Source of the DNA: Sideroxydans sp. | GTDB lineage: Bacteria > Pseudomonadota > Gammaproteobacteria > Burkholderiales > Gallionellaceae | Reading direction: 5' to 3' | Length of the DNA: 64,000 nt | NCBI GenBank assembly: GCA_050287265.1 | Contig: JBNKBO010000004.1 | Span: 4,631-68,630 of the forward strand | In this document: positions 20,106 to 30,239 of the stretch, in pieces | How the letters are laid out: every line of letters starts with the position of its first letter | How positions within the stretch are numbered: the stretch's first letter is position 1 | Translations under genes and position numbers: made by a program | The notes under the pieces: model-generated | Database searches by the model: none | Seen by the model: the letters and a program-made list of their open reading frames with translations, nothing else | What the model was told of the DNA's origin: nothing

Positions 20106-20668
20106 ATCAATTTCGTGACAGCCTGTTCCAGCCCGCCTATCGGCACAATAAGGATGAGTTGGCAGATCAGGAGCAGCACCAGCACCGAGAGATCGACGTT
20201 GCCCACGGGCGGGATACGGCGGCGCAAGGGTTGCAGGAATGGGCTGTTGAAAGCGAAAAGCATGGGCGCAATCTGCGTACGCGGATTGATCCAGGACAAA
20301 ATGGCTTCGGCAATCAGGGTAGCAACGAGCAAGTAGACACTGATTTTCAGCAGTTTGACAGCCGTCCATGCCAGCAAGCCGACCACAGGAAAGGATTCAA
20401 ATGCGTAGCCCTGCACCCACAGAAATGTACAGAGATAGATGAACTCGACGACAAATGCCAGGAGCAGCGTGGCCCTGTCCATGCCCCATGCAGGCTTGAT
20501 AAAACGGCGCGCGCGCAGCACGATGAAATCGGTGAGCGCCATCAGAAATTCACCAAGAGGGTTGCGCATGGGGGCGCGTAGCCAAGCGGCATGAAAGCGG
20601 AACAGCAGAATGACAGCAAAAGGTTGTACCAGTGCATCGCTCAAGAACGAAAAAGTTTCAGCCAGCAT
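20102..20668 (-). CDS. yggT: YggT family membrane protein
   Basis: Two YGGT repeats (RNPLGEF; LRRRIPPVGNVDLS). ATG 20668 follows an AGGAG SD. Confidence 0.9.
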   Translation of the reverse strand: MLAETFSFLSDALVQPFAVILLFRFHAAWLRAPMRNPLGEFLMALTDFIVLRARRFIKPAWGMDRATLLLAFVVEFIYLCTFLWVQGYAFESFPVVGLLAWTAVKLLKISVYLLVATLIAEAILSWINPRTQIAPMLFAFNSPFLQPLRRRIPPVGNVDLSVLVLLLICQLILIVPIGGLEQAVTKLI

Positions 20669-20752
20669 TGCCCGCTCCTGCAGATTCAAAATCATATGCT
20701 AGACAAAACGCGAAATGAATGCTCGTAAAGCCTGGACCTCCTGAGGCAGTCA

Positions 20753-21565
20753 TTATTTATCCTTTCCCATGTCATCGCCCATTTCTTTGGATCGTTCTGC
20801 TGCAGCGTGAATGGCCGCGACAATATCCATCTTCACCTGGTTTGCGTCCAGGCTGCTCAACGCGCGTTCGGTGGTTCCGTTTTTGGAAGTGACACGTTCG
20901 CGCAATGTGGCAATCTCTTCATGGCTGCTCTCGGCCAGTTTGCTGGCACCCAGAAATGTATCCAGCACCAGTTGCCTCGCCTGGGCTTCGTCCAGCCCCA
21001 GTTCGTATGCACCCTGCTGCATCGCCTCGATAAAGTAGAACACATACGCCGGACCGCTGCCGGAAATCGCCGTCACCGCATCCATCATTTCTTCGTCTTC
21101 AATCCACAAGGTACTGCCCACGGCAGAAAGAATCGACTCGGCGTGATGGCACTGTTCCGGCTTGACTGCCGGCATGGCATACAAAGCGGTAACGCCGCAA
21201 CGAATGAGCGTTGGCGTATTAGGCATGCAGCGCACGACATTGTGTGTAACCAGCCAGCGCGCCAGGTCTTTTGTGCGAATACCAGCTGCTATGGAGATGA
21301 CAAGTTGACCTTTCAGGATAGGCGCCAGCCGCAGCGCGACCTCTTTCAGGTTTTGCGGTTTAACCGCAAGAATCACGGTCTCGCCGTGCGCCACCGCTTC
21401 TGCAAGTTCCGTTGTTGCCCTGACCCCGAATTCATTATGCAAACTCCTGCAAATATCCTTGTTCACTTCCACCACATGTATTTTGGAAGGCGAATAACCG
21501 CGCTTGGTCAAGCCGCAGATCAATGCTTTTGCCATATTTCCGCCGCCGATGAACGTGATTTTCAT
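20753..21565 (-). CDS. proC: Pyrroline-5-carboxylate reductase
   Basis: FIGGGNMA, LAVKPQ, RCMPNTP, TAISGSGPAY, VTSKNGTT. Confidence 0.96.
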   Translation of the reverse strand: MKITFIGGGNMAKALICGLTKRGYSPSKIHVVEVNKDICRSLHNEFGVRATTELAEAVAHGETVILAVKPQNLKEVALRLAPILKGQLVISIAAGIRTKDLARWLVTHNVVRCMPNTPTLIRCGVTALYAMPAVKPEQCHHAESILSAVGSTLWIEDEEMMDAVTAISGSGPAYVFYFIEAMQQGAYELGLDEAQARQLVLDTFLGASKLAESSHEEIATLRERVTSKNGTTERALSSLDANQVKMDIVAAIHAAAERSKEMGDDMGKDK

Positions 21566-22260
21566 GATTGCTCTCCGTAATCCCGGGTACCAAATATCGC
21601 CGTGCCGATGCGCACAATCGTCGCCCCCTCCTGTATTGCTGCCGGAAAATCGTGCGACATGCCCATCGACAGGGTATCCATAACCATTCCCTGCGAATTC
21701 AACTGATTCAATAATGCCTGCAACTGTGCGAACGGTATACGTTGCGCCGTTTGTTCGGTTGAAGGAGAAGGTATCGACATCAATCCGCGTAACTTGAGGT
21801 GCGGCAGGCGCGTAACCGCTTGTGCCAGTTGCCCGACTTCGCCGGGTGCCACGCCGCTCTTGCTCTCTTCGCCGCTCACGTTCACCTGCAGGCACACGTT
21901 CAGCGGCGGCAAATGCGAAGGTCGCTGTGCCGACAGGCGCTCGGCGATCTTCAGTCTGTCCACACTATGCACCCAGGCGAAGTTTTCGGCAATTGCGCGC
22001 GTCTTGTTGCTCTGGATGGGGCCGATGAAATGCCACTCCAGCGGCAAATCGCGCAATGCCTGGATCTTGTCCAGCGCTTCCTGCAAGTAGTTCTCGCCAA
22101 AAGCAGTTTGCCCCGCCTGATGGGCCTCGCGTACCGCCGCCGCCGGAAAGGTCTTGCTCACGGCCAGCAGCCGGACTTCTGCCACATTCCGGTGTGCCGC
22201 TTTTGCAGCTTGTTCAATGGCTTCGCGGGTCGCTTGCAAGTTGGAGAGGATTGCAGTCAT
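21562..22260 (-). CDS. yggS: PLP homeostasis protein
   Basis: LLAVSKT, FGENYLQE, WHFIGPIQSNK, LSMGMS, VRIGTAIFG. Confidence 0.96.
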   Translation of the reverse strand: MTAILSNLQATREAIEQAAKAAHRNVAEVRLLAVSKTFPAAAVREAHQAGQTAFGENYLQEALDKIQALRDLPLEWHFIGPIQSNKTRAIAENFAWVHSVDRLKIAERLSAQRPSHLPPLNVCLQVNVSGEESKSGVAPGEVGQLAQAVTRLPHLKLRGLMSIPSPSTEQTAQRIPFAQLQALLNQLNSQGMVMDTLSMGMSHDFPAAIQEGATIVRIGTAIFGTRDYGEQS

Positions 22261-22312
22261 AATCGCCCGGACAGCCGTTTGTCGACTCTGTTTTCATCGC
22301 TCAGGATTATAT

Positions 22313-23356
22313 ATGGATATTACCGAACTGCTCGCCTTCGGCGTAAAGAACAAAGCCTCCGACTTGCACCTCTCCGCAGGCCTGCCTCCAATGATACGCG
22401 TACATGGCGATATGCGCCGCATCAACCTGCCTGCAATGGAGCACAAGGAAGTGCATGCCATGGTGTACGACATCATGAACGACGGACAGCGTAAACATTA
22501 CGAAGAGAACAAGGAAGTCGATTTTTCGTTTGAAGTGCCGAATCTGGCGCGCTTCCGTGTCAATGCTTTCGTCCAGCAGCGCGGTGCGGGCGCAGTCATG
22601 CGTACCATTCCGTCCAAGATCCTCACACTGGAAGACCTCAATTGTCCGGCGATCTTCAAGGATATCTCCGAATTCCCGCGCGGCATGGTGCTGGTAACCG
22701 GCCCGACGGGTTCCGGTAAGTCGACCACGCTGGCGGCCATGATCAACCACATCAACGATAACGAAATGGGCCACATCCTGACGGTGGAAGACCCGATCGA
22801 ATTCGTGCATGAATCCAAGAAATCGCTGATCAACCAGCGTGAAGTCGGTCCGCATACCCTGTCATTCAACAACGCCTTGCGTTCCGCGCTGCGTGAAGAC
22901 CCGGACGTGATTCTGGTGGGCGAAATGCGCGACCTGGAAACCATCCGCCTGGCGATGACGGCGGCGGAAACCGGCCACCTGGTATTCGGCACCCTGCACA
23001 CGAGTTCCGCAGCAAAAACCATCGACCGTATCATCGACGTATTTCCGGCCGACGAAAAGGAAATGGTGCGTGCGATGTTGTCCGAATCCCTGCGTGCAGT
23101 GATCTCGCAGACCCTGCTCAAAACCAAGGACGGGGCCGGCCGTGTAGCCGCTCACGAAATCATGATCTGTACACCGGCAATCCGCAACCTGATCCGCGAA
23201 GCCAAAGTGCCGCAGATGTATTCCGCCATCCAGACCGGCGGCAACATCGGCATGCAGACACTGGATCAGAACCTGAGCGAGATGGTAAAAAGAAATCTCG
23301 TGTCTTCCGCCGAAGCACGCGGCAAGGCAGTCAACAAAGACCAGTTCGCGGGATAA
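22313..23356 (+). CDS. pilT: Type IV pilus retraction ATPase
   Basis: ASDLHLS, GPTGSGKST, LREDPDVILVGEMRD, AIRNLIRE motif. Confidence 0.97.
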   Translation: MDITELLAFGVKNKASDLHLSAGLPPMIRVHGDMRRINLPAMEHKEVHAMVYDIMNDGQRKHYEENKEVDFSFEVPNLARFRVNAFVQQRGAGAVMRTIPSKILTLEDLNCPAIFKDISEFPRGMVLVTGPTGSGKSTTLAAMINHINDNEMGHILTVEDPIEFVHESKKSLINQREVGPHTLSFNNALRSALREDPDVILVGEMRDLETIRLAMTAAETGHLVFGTLHTSSAAKTIDRIIDVFPADEKEMVRAMLSESLRAVISQTLLKTKDGAGRVAAHEIMICTPAIRNLIREAKVPQMYSAIQTGGNIGMQTLDQNLSEMVKRNLVSSAEARGKAVNKDQFAG

Positions 23357-23401
23357 ATTCCGAACCAGCCATAATAAATGCAACTGCTTTAGGAGAGCAT
23401 C

Positions 23402-24538
23402 ATGGAAAGAGACCAGGCCACCGAACTAGTTCACAATTTGTTGCGAGGAATGGTCTCGAAGAACGCGTCCGATCTGTTCATCACTTCCGGCTTCCCCCCC
23501 GCATTCAAGATAGACGGCAAGATGACACCGGTCTCAAACCAGGCTTTAACATCGGCACACACGCAAGAGCTGGCGCGCAGCATCATGAACGACCGCCAGG
23601 CGGCCGAATTCGAATCCTCACACGAGTGCAACTTCGCCATCAGTCCGCCGGGTATCGGACGCTTCCGCGTCAATGTCTTCTTGCAACAGCAACGCGTCGG
23701 CATGGTACTGCGCACCATCACCACCAAGATCCCTACTTTTGAAGAAATGAGTTTGCCGTCGATATTGAAAGACGTGGTAATGACCAAGCGCGGGCTGGTG
23801 ATTCTGGTCGGCGGAACCGGCTCCGGCAAATCCACCTCGCTGGCTGCCATGCTCGGCCACCGCAACCACAACAGCTATGGACACATCATCACCATCGAAG
23901 ACCCGGTGGAATTTGTGCATGACCACGATAAATGCATCGTCACCCACCGCGAAGTGGGCGTGGACACAGACGACTGGCATGCCGCATTGAAAAATACCTT
24001 GCGGCAGGCACCGGACGTGATCCTCATCGGCGAAATCCGCGACCGCGAAACCATGGAATACGCGGTAACTTTCTCCGAAACCGGTCACTTGTGCATGGCC
24101 ACGCTGCATGCCAACAGCGCCAACCAGGCACTCGATCGCATCATCAACTTCTTCCCGGAAGATCGCCGCGAACAACTGCTGATGGATCTGTCCCTCAACG
24201 TCAAGGCACTTATTTCCCAGCGCCTGATCCCCAAACGCGACGGCAAAGGGCGCGCTGCCGCCTTCGAAATCCTGCTCGCCTCGCCGCTGATTTCCGACCT
24301 CATCTTCAAGGGGCAAGTACACGAGATCAAGGAAGTCATGGCCAAATCGCGCGAACTCGGCATGCAAACCTTCGACCAGGCACTGTTCAGCCTGCACGAG
24401 TCGGGAATGATCAGCTACGAAGAGGCGCTCAAGAACGCCGACTCCGTCAACGACTTGCGTCTGAAGATCAAACTGGAAGGCCAGGCCACCAGAGACAAGG
24501 ATGTAATGGGTGGTTTGGAAGGTCTGCATATGACCTGA
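23402..24538 (+). CDS. pilU: Type IV pilus retraction ATPase PilU
   Basis: GGTGSGKST, LRQAPDVILIGEIRD, GMQTFDQAL. Lies directly after pilT. Confidence 0.95.
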   Translation: MERDQATELVHNLLRGMVSKNASDLFITSGFPPAFKIDGKMTPVSNQALTSAHTQELARSIMNDRQAAEFESSHECNFAISPPGIGRFRVNVFLQQQRVGMVLRTITTKIPTFEEMSLPSILKDVVMTKRGLVILVGGTGSGKSTSLAAMLGHRNHNSYGHIITIEDPVEFVHDHDKCIVTHREVGVDTDDWHAALKNTLRQAPDVILIGEIRDRETMEYAVTFSETGHLCMATLHANSANQALDRIINFFPEDRREQLLMDLSLNVKALISQRLIPKRDGKGRAAAFEILLASPLISDLIFKGQVHEIKEVMAKSRELGMQTFDQALFSLHESGMISYEEALKNADSVNDLRLKIKLEGQATRDKDVMGGLEGLHMT

Positions 24539-24590
24539 CGGCTACTGCCTGCGCAAACGAAATGCACTCCCTCCAAATCACTCCCGCGAC

Positions 24591-25196
24591 TTACTGATAC
24601 AACTCCGGAAACTGTTTCTGCAATTGCCCCAGCTTGGGCATGTCGTTGAATACGATATAGGGCTGATAGGGATGCAATGCCAGATAGTTCTGGTGATAAT
24701 CCTCGGCCGGAAAGAACTGTTTCAGCGGCACAACCTGCGTGACAACTGGCGAAGAAAAAACATGTCCGGCATCAAGCTTCCGGATATAACGTTGCGCGAT
24801 TTTCTGCTGGTCGGAACTGGTATAAAAAATCGCCGAGCGGTATTGACTGCCGGTATCCGGCCCCTGGCGATTCAGCTGGGTTGGATCGTGTGCCACGCTG
24901 AAAAAAACCTGCAGCAGTTGCTCATAAGACACCCGCACCGGATCGAAGCGGACGCGCACCGATTCGGCATGACCGGTATTGCCCCGGCTCACCATTTCAT
25001 AATGCGCCGTATCTGCATTCCCGCCCGCGTAGCCCGATTCGACCTCCACAACGCCTTTGACGTGTTTGAACACCGCATCCACCCCCCAGAAACAGCCGCC
25101 TGCAAATACTGCCGTCTGTTCTGTCGGTGCGGCATTGGCATTGGGAAATGCACCCAGACTGAATAAAAGTATCACCAGATATTTGAATGTTTGCAT
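24591..25196 (-). CDS. msrA: Periplasmic peptide-methionine (S)-sulfoxide reductase
   Basis: Signal peptide, FAGGCFWG, GHAESV, QYRSAIF, AEDYHQNY. No C-terminal resolving Cys is evident. Confidence 0.93.
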   Translation of the reverse strand: MQTFKYLVILLFSLGAFPNANAAPTEQTAVFAGGCFWGVDAVFKHVKGVVEVESGYAGGNADTAHYEMVSRGNTGHAESVRVRFDPVRVSYEQLLQVFFSVAHDPTQLNRQGPDTGSQYRSAIFYTSSDQQKIAQRYIRKLDAGHVFSSPVVTQVVPLKQFFPAEDYHQNYLALHPYQPYIVFNDMPKLGQLQKQFPELYQ

Positions 25197-25213
25197 GATG
25201 GTTCTCCTGATAT

Positions 25214-26911
25214 TCAACCGAAGGTAAAGGCGAATGCCTCTACCCCGGCATCCAAAAATTCAATACGGAAGGTTCTGTCCCTGATCTCGCTGCGCTGCCT
25301 GATCAATTGATACAAGCGTTGTTCCCGGATCACCCCGTTTCCTGTCGCATCGGTGTCCGTACCGTGGTTCCTGCCGGGCGCAACACCATCTAGCGTGACT
25401 TTGAACCGCACCGGTTGACGGTTATTTGTACCGAGTACCAGATGCAAATCACGCCCCCGGAATCGGTAGCTGATCGCACCGCCCTGCTCCTTCAGCATTG
25501 CAGATTCCTTGTTCACCAGCCACGTCCCGCTCAATGCCCACTGGTTCAGCTTGAGCTTGCGCGGCGTACTGTAGCGGGCTGGGTTCTCGATCTGGAGTTT
25601 TTCGCGAGATGCAAAATTCTCCTGACGCGCATACCCCAGGTAGGTTTCCGGCGATTGCGCCCTGTACACCGTTGCCGCTGTCGCGCCTGTACCCTGCACC
25701 CGCACAAATTCCTTTTTGAACGCCAGATCCTGACGTGCTTCCTGCAGCAACATCTGGATCATCTGTTCCGTTTCTCGGTATGCACCTTCGCCAAAATGCT
25801 GATGGCGTATGTATCCTTGCGCATCGATCAGATAATGCGCGGGCCAGTACTGGTTATGGTAGGCATTCCAGATCTCATAGCGGTTATCGATCGCCACCGG
25901 GTATTTCACCCCCAGATCATGCACAGCCTGTTCGACATTACTGATGTCTTTTTCGAAAGCGAACTCCGGCGAATGCACGCCGATGATGACCAGACCTTGT
26001 GCGCGATATTTTTCATCCCACGCTTTCAAGTACGGTAACGTGCGCAGGCAATTGATGCAGGAATAAGTCCAGAAATCCACCAGCACCACTTTGCCGCGCA
26101 AGGCCTCCATGCTCAATGGCGGCGAATTGAGCCATTGTGTTGCACCAACCAGCGGTGGTGCCTTGCCGGTTTCAGCAACAACAGATGCCTCGGGAGTTTG
26201 TGCCAGACGCTGGATCAGCTGCTGTTCGGCAACCGTGGTATTCGCCGAAGTAAACTGCGCCAGAAAACGCGTATCCCAGCCCAGTCCGATGACGACAACA
26301 CCTGCCACCACCGCGACGCCCAAAGCGCGGCGCAGCCACTCTTCAACACCGAAGCTGCGTTTCAGCCAGGCAATCACACGGCCGCTGGCCAACAGGGCCA
26401 CACCCAGCGAAGTCGCTGCCCCCGCAGCAAAGGTCAGCAACAACAACGCACTGTACAAATTCAGCCCATTCAATGCCGCACCTGCCAGCACCAGTCCCAG
26501 GATCGGCCCCGCGCATGGCGCCCACAGGAAACCGACCGCCACGCCCAGCAGCAACGAACCCTTAAGGCTGTCCTGCCGTCCGGCACTTTCCTGCAATCGT
26601 CCACCCAGCGTAACAAAAGGACGCATCATGCGTTCCGACCAGGACGGGAAAATCAGTGCCAGCCCCAGCAGCAGCAATATCAGCATCGCCGCATAGCGCC
26701 CGTACTGGTTCACCTCGACCAGCCAGGCACCGCCGACCGCGCCAAGGCTGGCCAGCACAGTAAACGTCACCGCCATACCGATCAGAATGGGCAGCCCGGA
26801 ACGGCGGAATGACTGCTCTGAACGTGCGAAAACGAACGGCAACACCGGCAGCACGCACGGACTCAGGATCGTGATAACGCCTCCGAGATAGGCCAGCAAA
26901 AAGATCAGCAT
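25214..26911 (-). CDS. dipZ: DipZ-type protein (DsbD/CcdA TM domain, thioredoxin domain and C-terminal beta domain)
   Basis: SPCVLP and WAPCAGP TM cysteines, FWTYSCINC thioredoxin motif, YWPAHY, FAFTFG end. Confidence 0.92.
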   Translation of the reverse strand: MLIFLLAYLGGVITILSPCVLPVLPFVFARSEQSFRRSGLPILIGMAVTFTVLASLGAVGGAWLVEVNQYGRYAAMLILLLLGLALIFPSWSERMMRPFVTLGGRLQESAGRQDSLKGSLLLGVAVGFLWAPCAGPILGLVLAGAALNGLNLYSALLLLTFAAGAATSLGVALLASGRVIAWLKRSFGVEEWLRRALGVAVVAGVVVIGLGWDTRFLAQFTSANTTVAEQQLIQRLAQTPEASVVAETGKAPPLVGATQWLNSPPLSMEALRGKVVLVDFWTYSCINCLRTLPYLKAWDEKYRAQGLVIIGVHSPEFAFEKDISNVEQAVHDLGVKYPVAIDNRYEIWNAYHNQYWPAHYLIDAQGYIRHQHFGEGAYRETEQMIQMLLQEARQDLAFKKEFVRVQGTGATAATVYRAQSPETYLGYARQENFASREKLQIENPARYSTPRKLKLNQWALSGTWLVNKESAMLKEQGGAISYRFRGRDLHLVLGTNNRQPVRFKVTLDGVAPGRNHGTDTDATGNGVIREQRLYQLIRQRSEIRDRTFRIEFLDAGVEAFAFTFG

Positions 26912-26960
26912 GTTGGTTTCCTTTTCGTAATATTGTCTGGCATTTCGTTTGTGCCCTGCA

Positions 26961-27065
26961 CCCTTCTCCCGCGGGAAGAGCTGAGGATGAGGGTATGTAG
27001 ATCAAAATCAAATTTGTCTTGCCCAACGACCCTCACCCTAACCCTCTCCCGCCTGCGGGAGAGGG
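26961..27065. repeat. REP-like inverted doublet (CCCTCACCCTAACCCTCTCCC...GGGAGAGGG family)
   Basis: Copy at 27030-27065 and a degenerate inverted copy at 26961-26994, between msrB and dipZ. Confidence 0.75.
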
Positions 27066-27074
27066 GATTTGTTT

Positions 27075-27617
27075 CTATTTCGGTTTCGGCACAAACCGCA
27101 ACGCCACCGTGTTCATGAAATATCGCAAACCGGTCGGTTTCGGACCATCGTCGAAAACATGACCCAGGTGCGCATCGCACAAGGTGCAACGCACTTCGGT
27201 GCGTGTCATACCGAACATATGGTCAGCGACATTGCGCACGTTCTGCGGCGCAATGGGCTGCCAGAAACTCGGCCAGCCGGTACCGGAATCGTATTTGGCG
27301 GCAGCATCGAACAGCGCGTTATCGCAACACACACAGCGATACAGCCCCGGCTCATGCCTGTCGTAACCCGGCTGGGAAAACGCCCGCTCCGTGCCCTGTC
27401 GCCGTGTCACTTCATAGGCCAGCGGCGACAGGCGCTGCTTCCACTCCGCGTCCTTGTTCACCCTGGCCAGGGTAACCAGTCCAAGTGGTTTGCCGTCATC
27501 CGAATACTTCATGATGGTCACTTGATCATTGTTCATGGCCGTACTCCCGGCAAAGGAACGCACCGACCAAGCCAGCGCCATTCCTGATAATCCCAGTAAA
27601 AAATCCCTGCGTTGCAT
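27075..27617 (-). CDS. msrB: Exported methionine (R)-sulfoxide reductase, with Phe at the catalytic Cys position
   Basis: Tat-like QRRDFL leader, Zn motifs CVCC and CTLC, SGTGWPSF, HLGHVF, then RYFMN instead of RYC(I/M)N. Confidence 0.88.
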   Translation of the reverse strand: MQRRDFLLGLSGMALAWSVRSFAGSTAMNNDQVTIMKYSDDGKPLGLVTLARVNKDAEWKQRLSPLAYEVTRRQGTERAFSQPGYDRHEPGLYRCVCCDNALFDAAAKYDSGTGWPSFWQPIAPQNVRNVADHMFGMTRTEVRCTLCDAHLGHVFDDGPKPTGLRYFMNTVALRFVPKPK

Positions 27618-27674
27618 GATGTCACCTCCTGCGAATTTAATGGAACCCGATACTTTGTGTTCCCTGCCTGCCCC

Positions 27675-27705
27675 TTGGTTCGGAATTGCCCGGGAAATAG
27701 TTACA
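27675..27705 (-). promoter_or_regulatory. ECF sigma (SigF/ECF16-like) promoter for msrB-dipZ-msrA
   Basis: Minus strand TGTAACT-atttcccgggcaattc(16 nt)-CGAACCAA. Confidence 0.75.
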
Positions 27706-27786
27706 TCAACCTTGCCGACATAAAGGTCAAAAAATATATGTAAAACGGCATGTCGCAGTATCACAAAAATTATTTTTCCCCGGCGT

Positions 27787-27817
27787 TGTAACTTTTATCT
27801 CCACCCTACCGAACCAA
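27787..27817 (+). promoter_or_regulatory. ECF sigma (SigF/ECF16-like) promoter for the DUF2282-DUF692 cluster
   Basis: TGTAACT-tttatctccaccctac(16 nt)-CGAACCAA, with boxes identical to those of the divergent promoter. Confidence 0.75.
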
Positions 27818-27868
27818 TGGGCGGAGGCACGCTCTCCACCACTTTCAACTTTCAATAAGGAGTTCATC

Positions 27869-28150
27869 ATGAGCAATACACACAACATACTCTCCGCAGC
27901 CATCGGCAGCTTGCTGGTGATGGGCCTGGTCAGCGGCAATGCCCTGGCAGCCGATGTAAAAACGGAAAAATGTTTCGGCATCGCCAAAGCCGGCAAGAAC
28001 GATTGTGCCAGCAACAAGAGTGCACACTCCTGTGCCGGCCAAGCCACTCACGACAACGATCCGCGCGATTTCGTTGCCGTCCCCAAGGGCACTTGTGACA
28101 AGATCGCCAACGGCTCGACCATGCCCGGCGGCGCAATGATGAAGAAGTAA
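27869..28150 (+). CDS. DUF2282 / BufA1-type bufferin RiPP precursor
   Basis: Signal peptide plus four Cys ([14 protein letters not shown]...HSCAG...VPKGTCDKI) and a Met-rich tail. Confidence 0.88.
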   Translation: MSNTHNILSAAIGSLLVMGLVSGNALAADVKTEKCFGIAKAGKNDCASNKSAHSCAGQATHDNDPRDFVAVPKGTCDKIANGSTMPGGAMMKK

Positions 28151-28980
28151 TGATGAACGCGCCCGCAAGTCCTTCCCTTCCCAATGTTGCAGGCATCGGC
28201 TTGCGGGCGCCTCATTATCCTGAAGTACTGGAACAACGCCCCGCCCTGGGCTGGGTCGAAGTTCACAGCGAGAATTTTTTCGGCGGCGGTGCGCCTTTGC
28301 ATACGCTGCTGCAGGTAGCACAACATTACCCGGTCAGTCTGCATGGTGTCGGCATGGGACTGGCCTCGCCCGACCCGCTGGATGCGGGACACCTGCGCGA
28401 ACTGCGTAAGCTTTGCGATGCGGTCAATCCCGCCAGCGTGTCGGAGCACTTGTGCTGGAACACGGTCGGCGGCATCGCCATCAACGACCTGTTGCCCTTC
28501 CCCTATACGCAGGATGCGTTGGGCCATGTCGCCGACCGTGTGCGCCACGTCCAGGATTTTCTGGGACGGCGCATCCTGATCGAAAACCTTTCCTACTATG
28601 TCGCTTTCGGCAACAGCGAAATGCGCGAGGAAGAATTCCTGTCCGAACTGGTGGCGCGCACCGACTGCGGCATCCTGTTCGACGTCAACAACATCTATGT
28701 CAACACCGTGAACCTGGGCGTGGATGCGCAGGCATTCATGCGCGCCATTCCCGCCGACGCGGTCGGCGAATATCACCTGGCCGGACCGAGCATGATGGAC
28801 GGTTGTCTGGTGGACACGCACAGCGCACGGGTCTTCGATGAAGTATGGACCTTGTATGAAGACGCCCTGCGCCACATCGGCAGGCGTCCGACGCTGATCG
28901 AGTGGGATGTGGACATTCCCGCTCTTTCGATATTGCAGGAAGAAGCGCAAAAAGCACAACACAGGATGGATGCGCCATGA
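28150..28980 (+). CDS. DUF692 multinuclear non-heme iron oxidase (MNIO, BufB-type)
   Basis: GIGLR, EVHSENF, SEHL, ENLS, DVNNIYV, HLAG, DTH, LIEWD. Confidence 0.93.
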   Translation: MMNAPASPSLPNVAGIGLRAPHYPEVLEQRPALGWVEVHSENFFGGGAPLHTLLQVAQHYPVSLHGVGMGLASPDPLDAGHLRELRKLCDAVNPASVSEHLCWNTVGGIAINDLLPFPYTQDALGHVADRVRHVQDFLGRRILIENLSYYVAFGNSEMREEEFLSELVARTDCGILFDVNNIYVNTVNLGVDAQAFMRAIPADAVGEYHLAGPSMMDGCLVDTHSARVFDEVWTLYEDALRHIGRRPTLIEWDVDIPALSILQEEAQKAQHRMDAP

Positions 28981-29759
28981 GCACCTGGACCCACACATTG
29001 GAGTGTTTCTCCGCGACGATCCGCACAGGCTCCAGATCGCCGGGAGAAATCATTTGCCCGCGTTACGCCGAGGAACGCGGCGTCGGCGTGTATCGCAACA
29101 ATTATCGCGGCAACCTGCATGACACACTGGCCAGTGCCTATCCGGTAATACACCAACTGGTCGGCGAAGACTTTTTCCGCCTGCTGGCAAAACGTTTCAT
29201 CGAGCAGCATGCTTCGCGCAGCGGCAACCTGCACCGCTATGGCGGCGAGATGGACGAATTCCTGACGCACTTCGAGAATACACAGCATCTCGTTTACCTG
29301 CCGGACATGGCGCGGCTGGAATGGGCTTACCACCGCGCTTATTTCGCCGATGACGCGGTACCGTTCGATCTCGCCCGCCTCGTAAATATTGCGCCTGAGT
29401 CCTATGCCGGGCTGCGCTGGCAACTGCACCCGAGTTGCACGTTACTGACCACCGCCTATCCCGTGGCCGCGATCTGGCAAGCTCACCAGGACGGCGCAAA
29501 CGCCGATTTCAACATCGACCTTGAAGCCGGCGGCGACAGCCTGCTGGTGTATCGCAATGGCCTGAGCATGAATATCAACCGCATCGCACCGGCCAGCGTG
29601 CATTGGCTGGCACAACTTCAGCAAAACATCTGCATGGGCGACGCCACCGAGGCAACTTTATGCGCACATCCTGATTTCGATGTCGCAACGACACTGCAGC
29701 ACTGGCTGGCGCAAGGGGTGCTGGTCAATTTTGATATTCCACAAGGAGGACAATCATGA
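28977..29759 (+). CDS. DUF2063-containing MNIO partner (BufC/HvfC-type)
   Basis: VYRNNY, YPVIHQLVGEDFF, PDMARLEWA. Translationally coupled to the DUF692 gene. Confidence 0.88.
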   Translation: MSTWTHTLECFSATIRTGSRSPGEIICPRYAEERGVGVYRNNYRGNLHDTLASAYPVIHQLVGEDFFRLLAKRFIEQHASRSGNLHRYGGEMDEFLTHFENTQHLVYLPDMARLEWAYHRAYFADDAVPFDLARLVNIAPESYAGLRWQLHPSCTLLTTAYPVAAIWQAHQDGANADFNIDLEAGGDSLLVYRNGLSMNINRIAPASVHWLAQLQQNICMGDATEATLCAHPDFDVATTLQHWLAQGVLVNFDIPQGGQS

Positions 29760-30211
29760 ACTGGCTATCGAACGGTCTTGATCTGTATTACCGCAGCAGT
29801 CGCCTGCTGCTGCATGCCGCTCCTGCGCTTGACCTGGGGCTGCGGCTGTTTCTCGCAAACGTGTTTTTCAAATCCGGACTGACCAAGATACAAACCTGGG
29901 ACAGCACCCTCTACCTGTTTCGCGAAGAATACAAAGTGCCATTGCTGCCGCCGGACTTTGCCGCTTACCTCGGCACCGCGTCCGAACTGGCTTTCCCGGT
30001 GTTGCTGGTACTTGGCCTGTTCGGACGCTTCGGCGCGCTGGGGCTGACCATCCTGAATGCGGTCGCCGCCTATTCCTACTACGACCAGTTGAGCGAAGCG
30101 GGCCTGAACCAGCACCTGTACTGGGGCCTGTTGCTGGGTGTGCTGCTGCTGCACGGCATGGGTAAATGGTCGGCGGACGCATGGCTGGAGAAACGCCTGA
30201 GTCATTATTGA
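29756..30211 (+). CDS. DoxX family membrane protein
   Basis: FFKSGLTK, LFREEY, ELAFPVLLVLGLFGR, HLYW. Confidence 0.9.
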   Translation: MNWLSNGLDLYYRSSRLLLHAAPALDLGLRLFLANVFFKSGLTKIQTWDSTLYLFREEYKVPLLPPDFAAYLGTASELAFPVLLVLGLFGRFGALGLTILNAVAAYSYYDQLSEAGLNQHLYWGLLLGVLLLHGMGKWSADAWLEKRLSHY

Positions 30212-30239
30212 ATTCACCAAAATTAAAACGAACCAAGGC

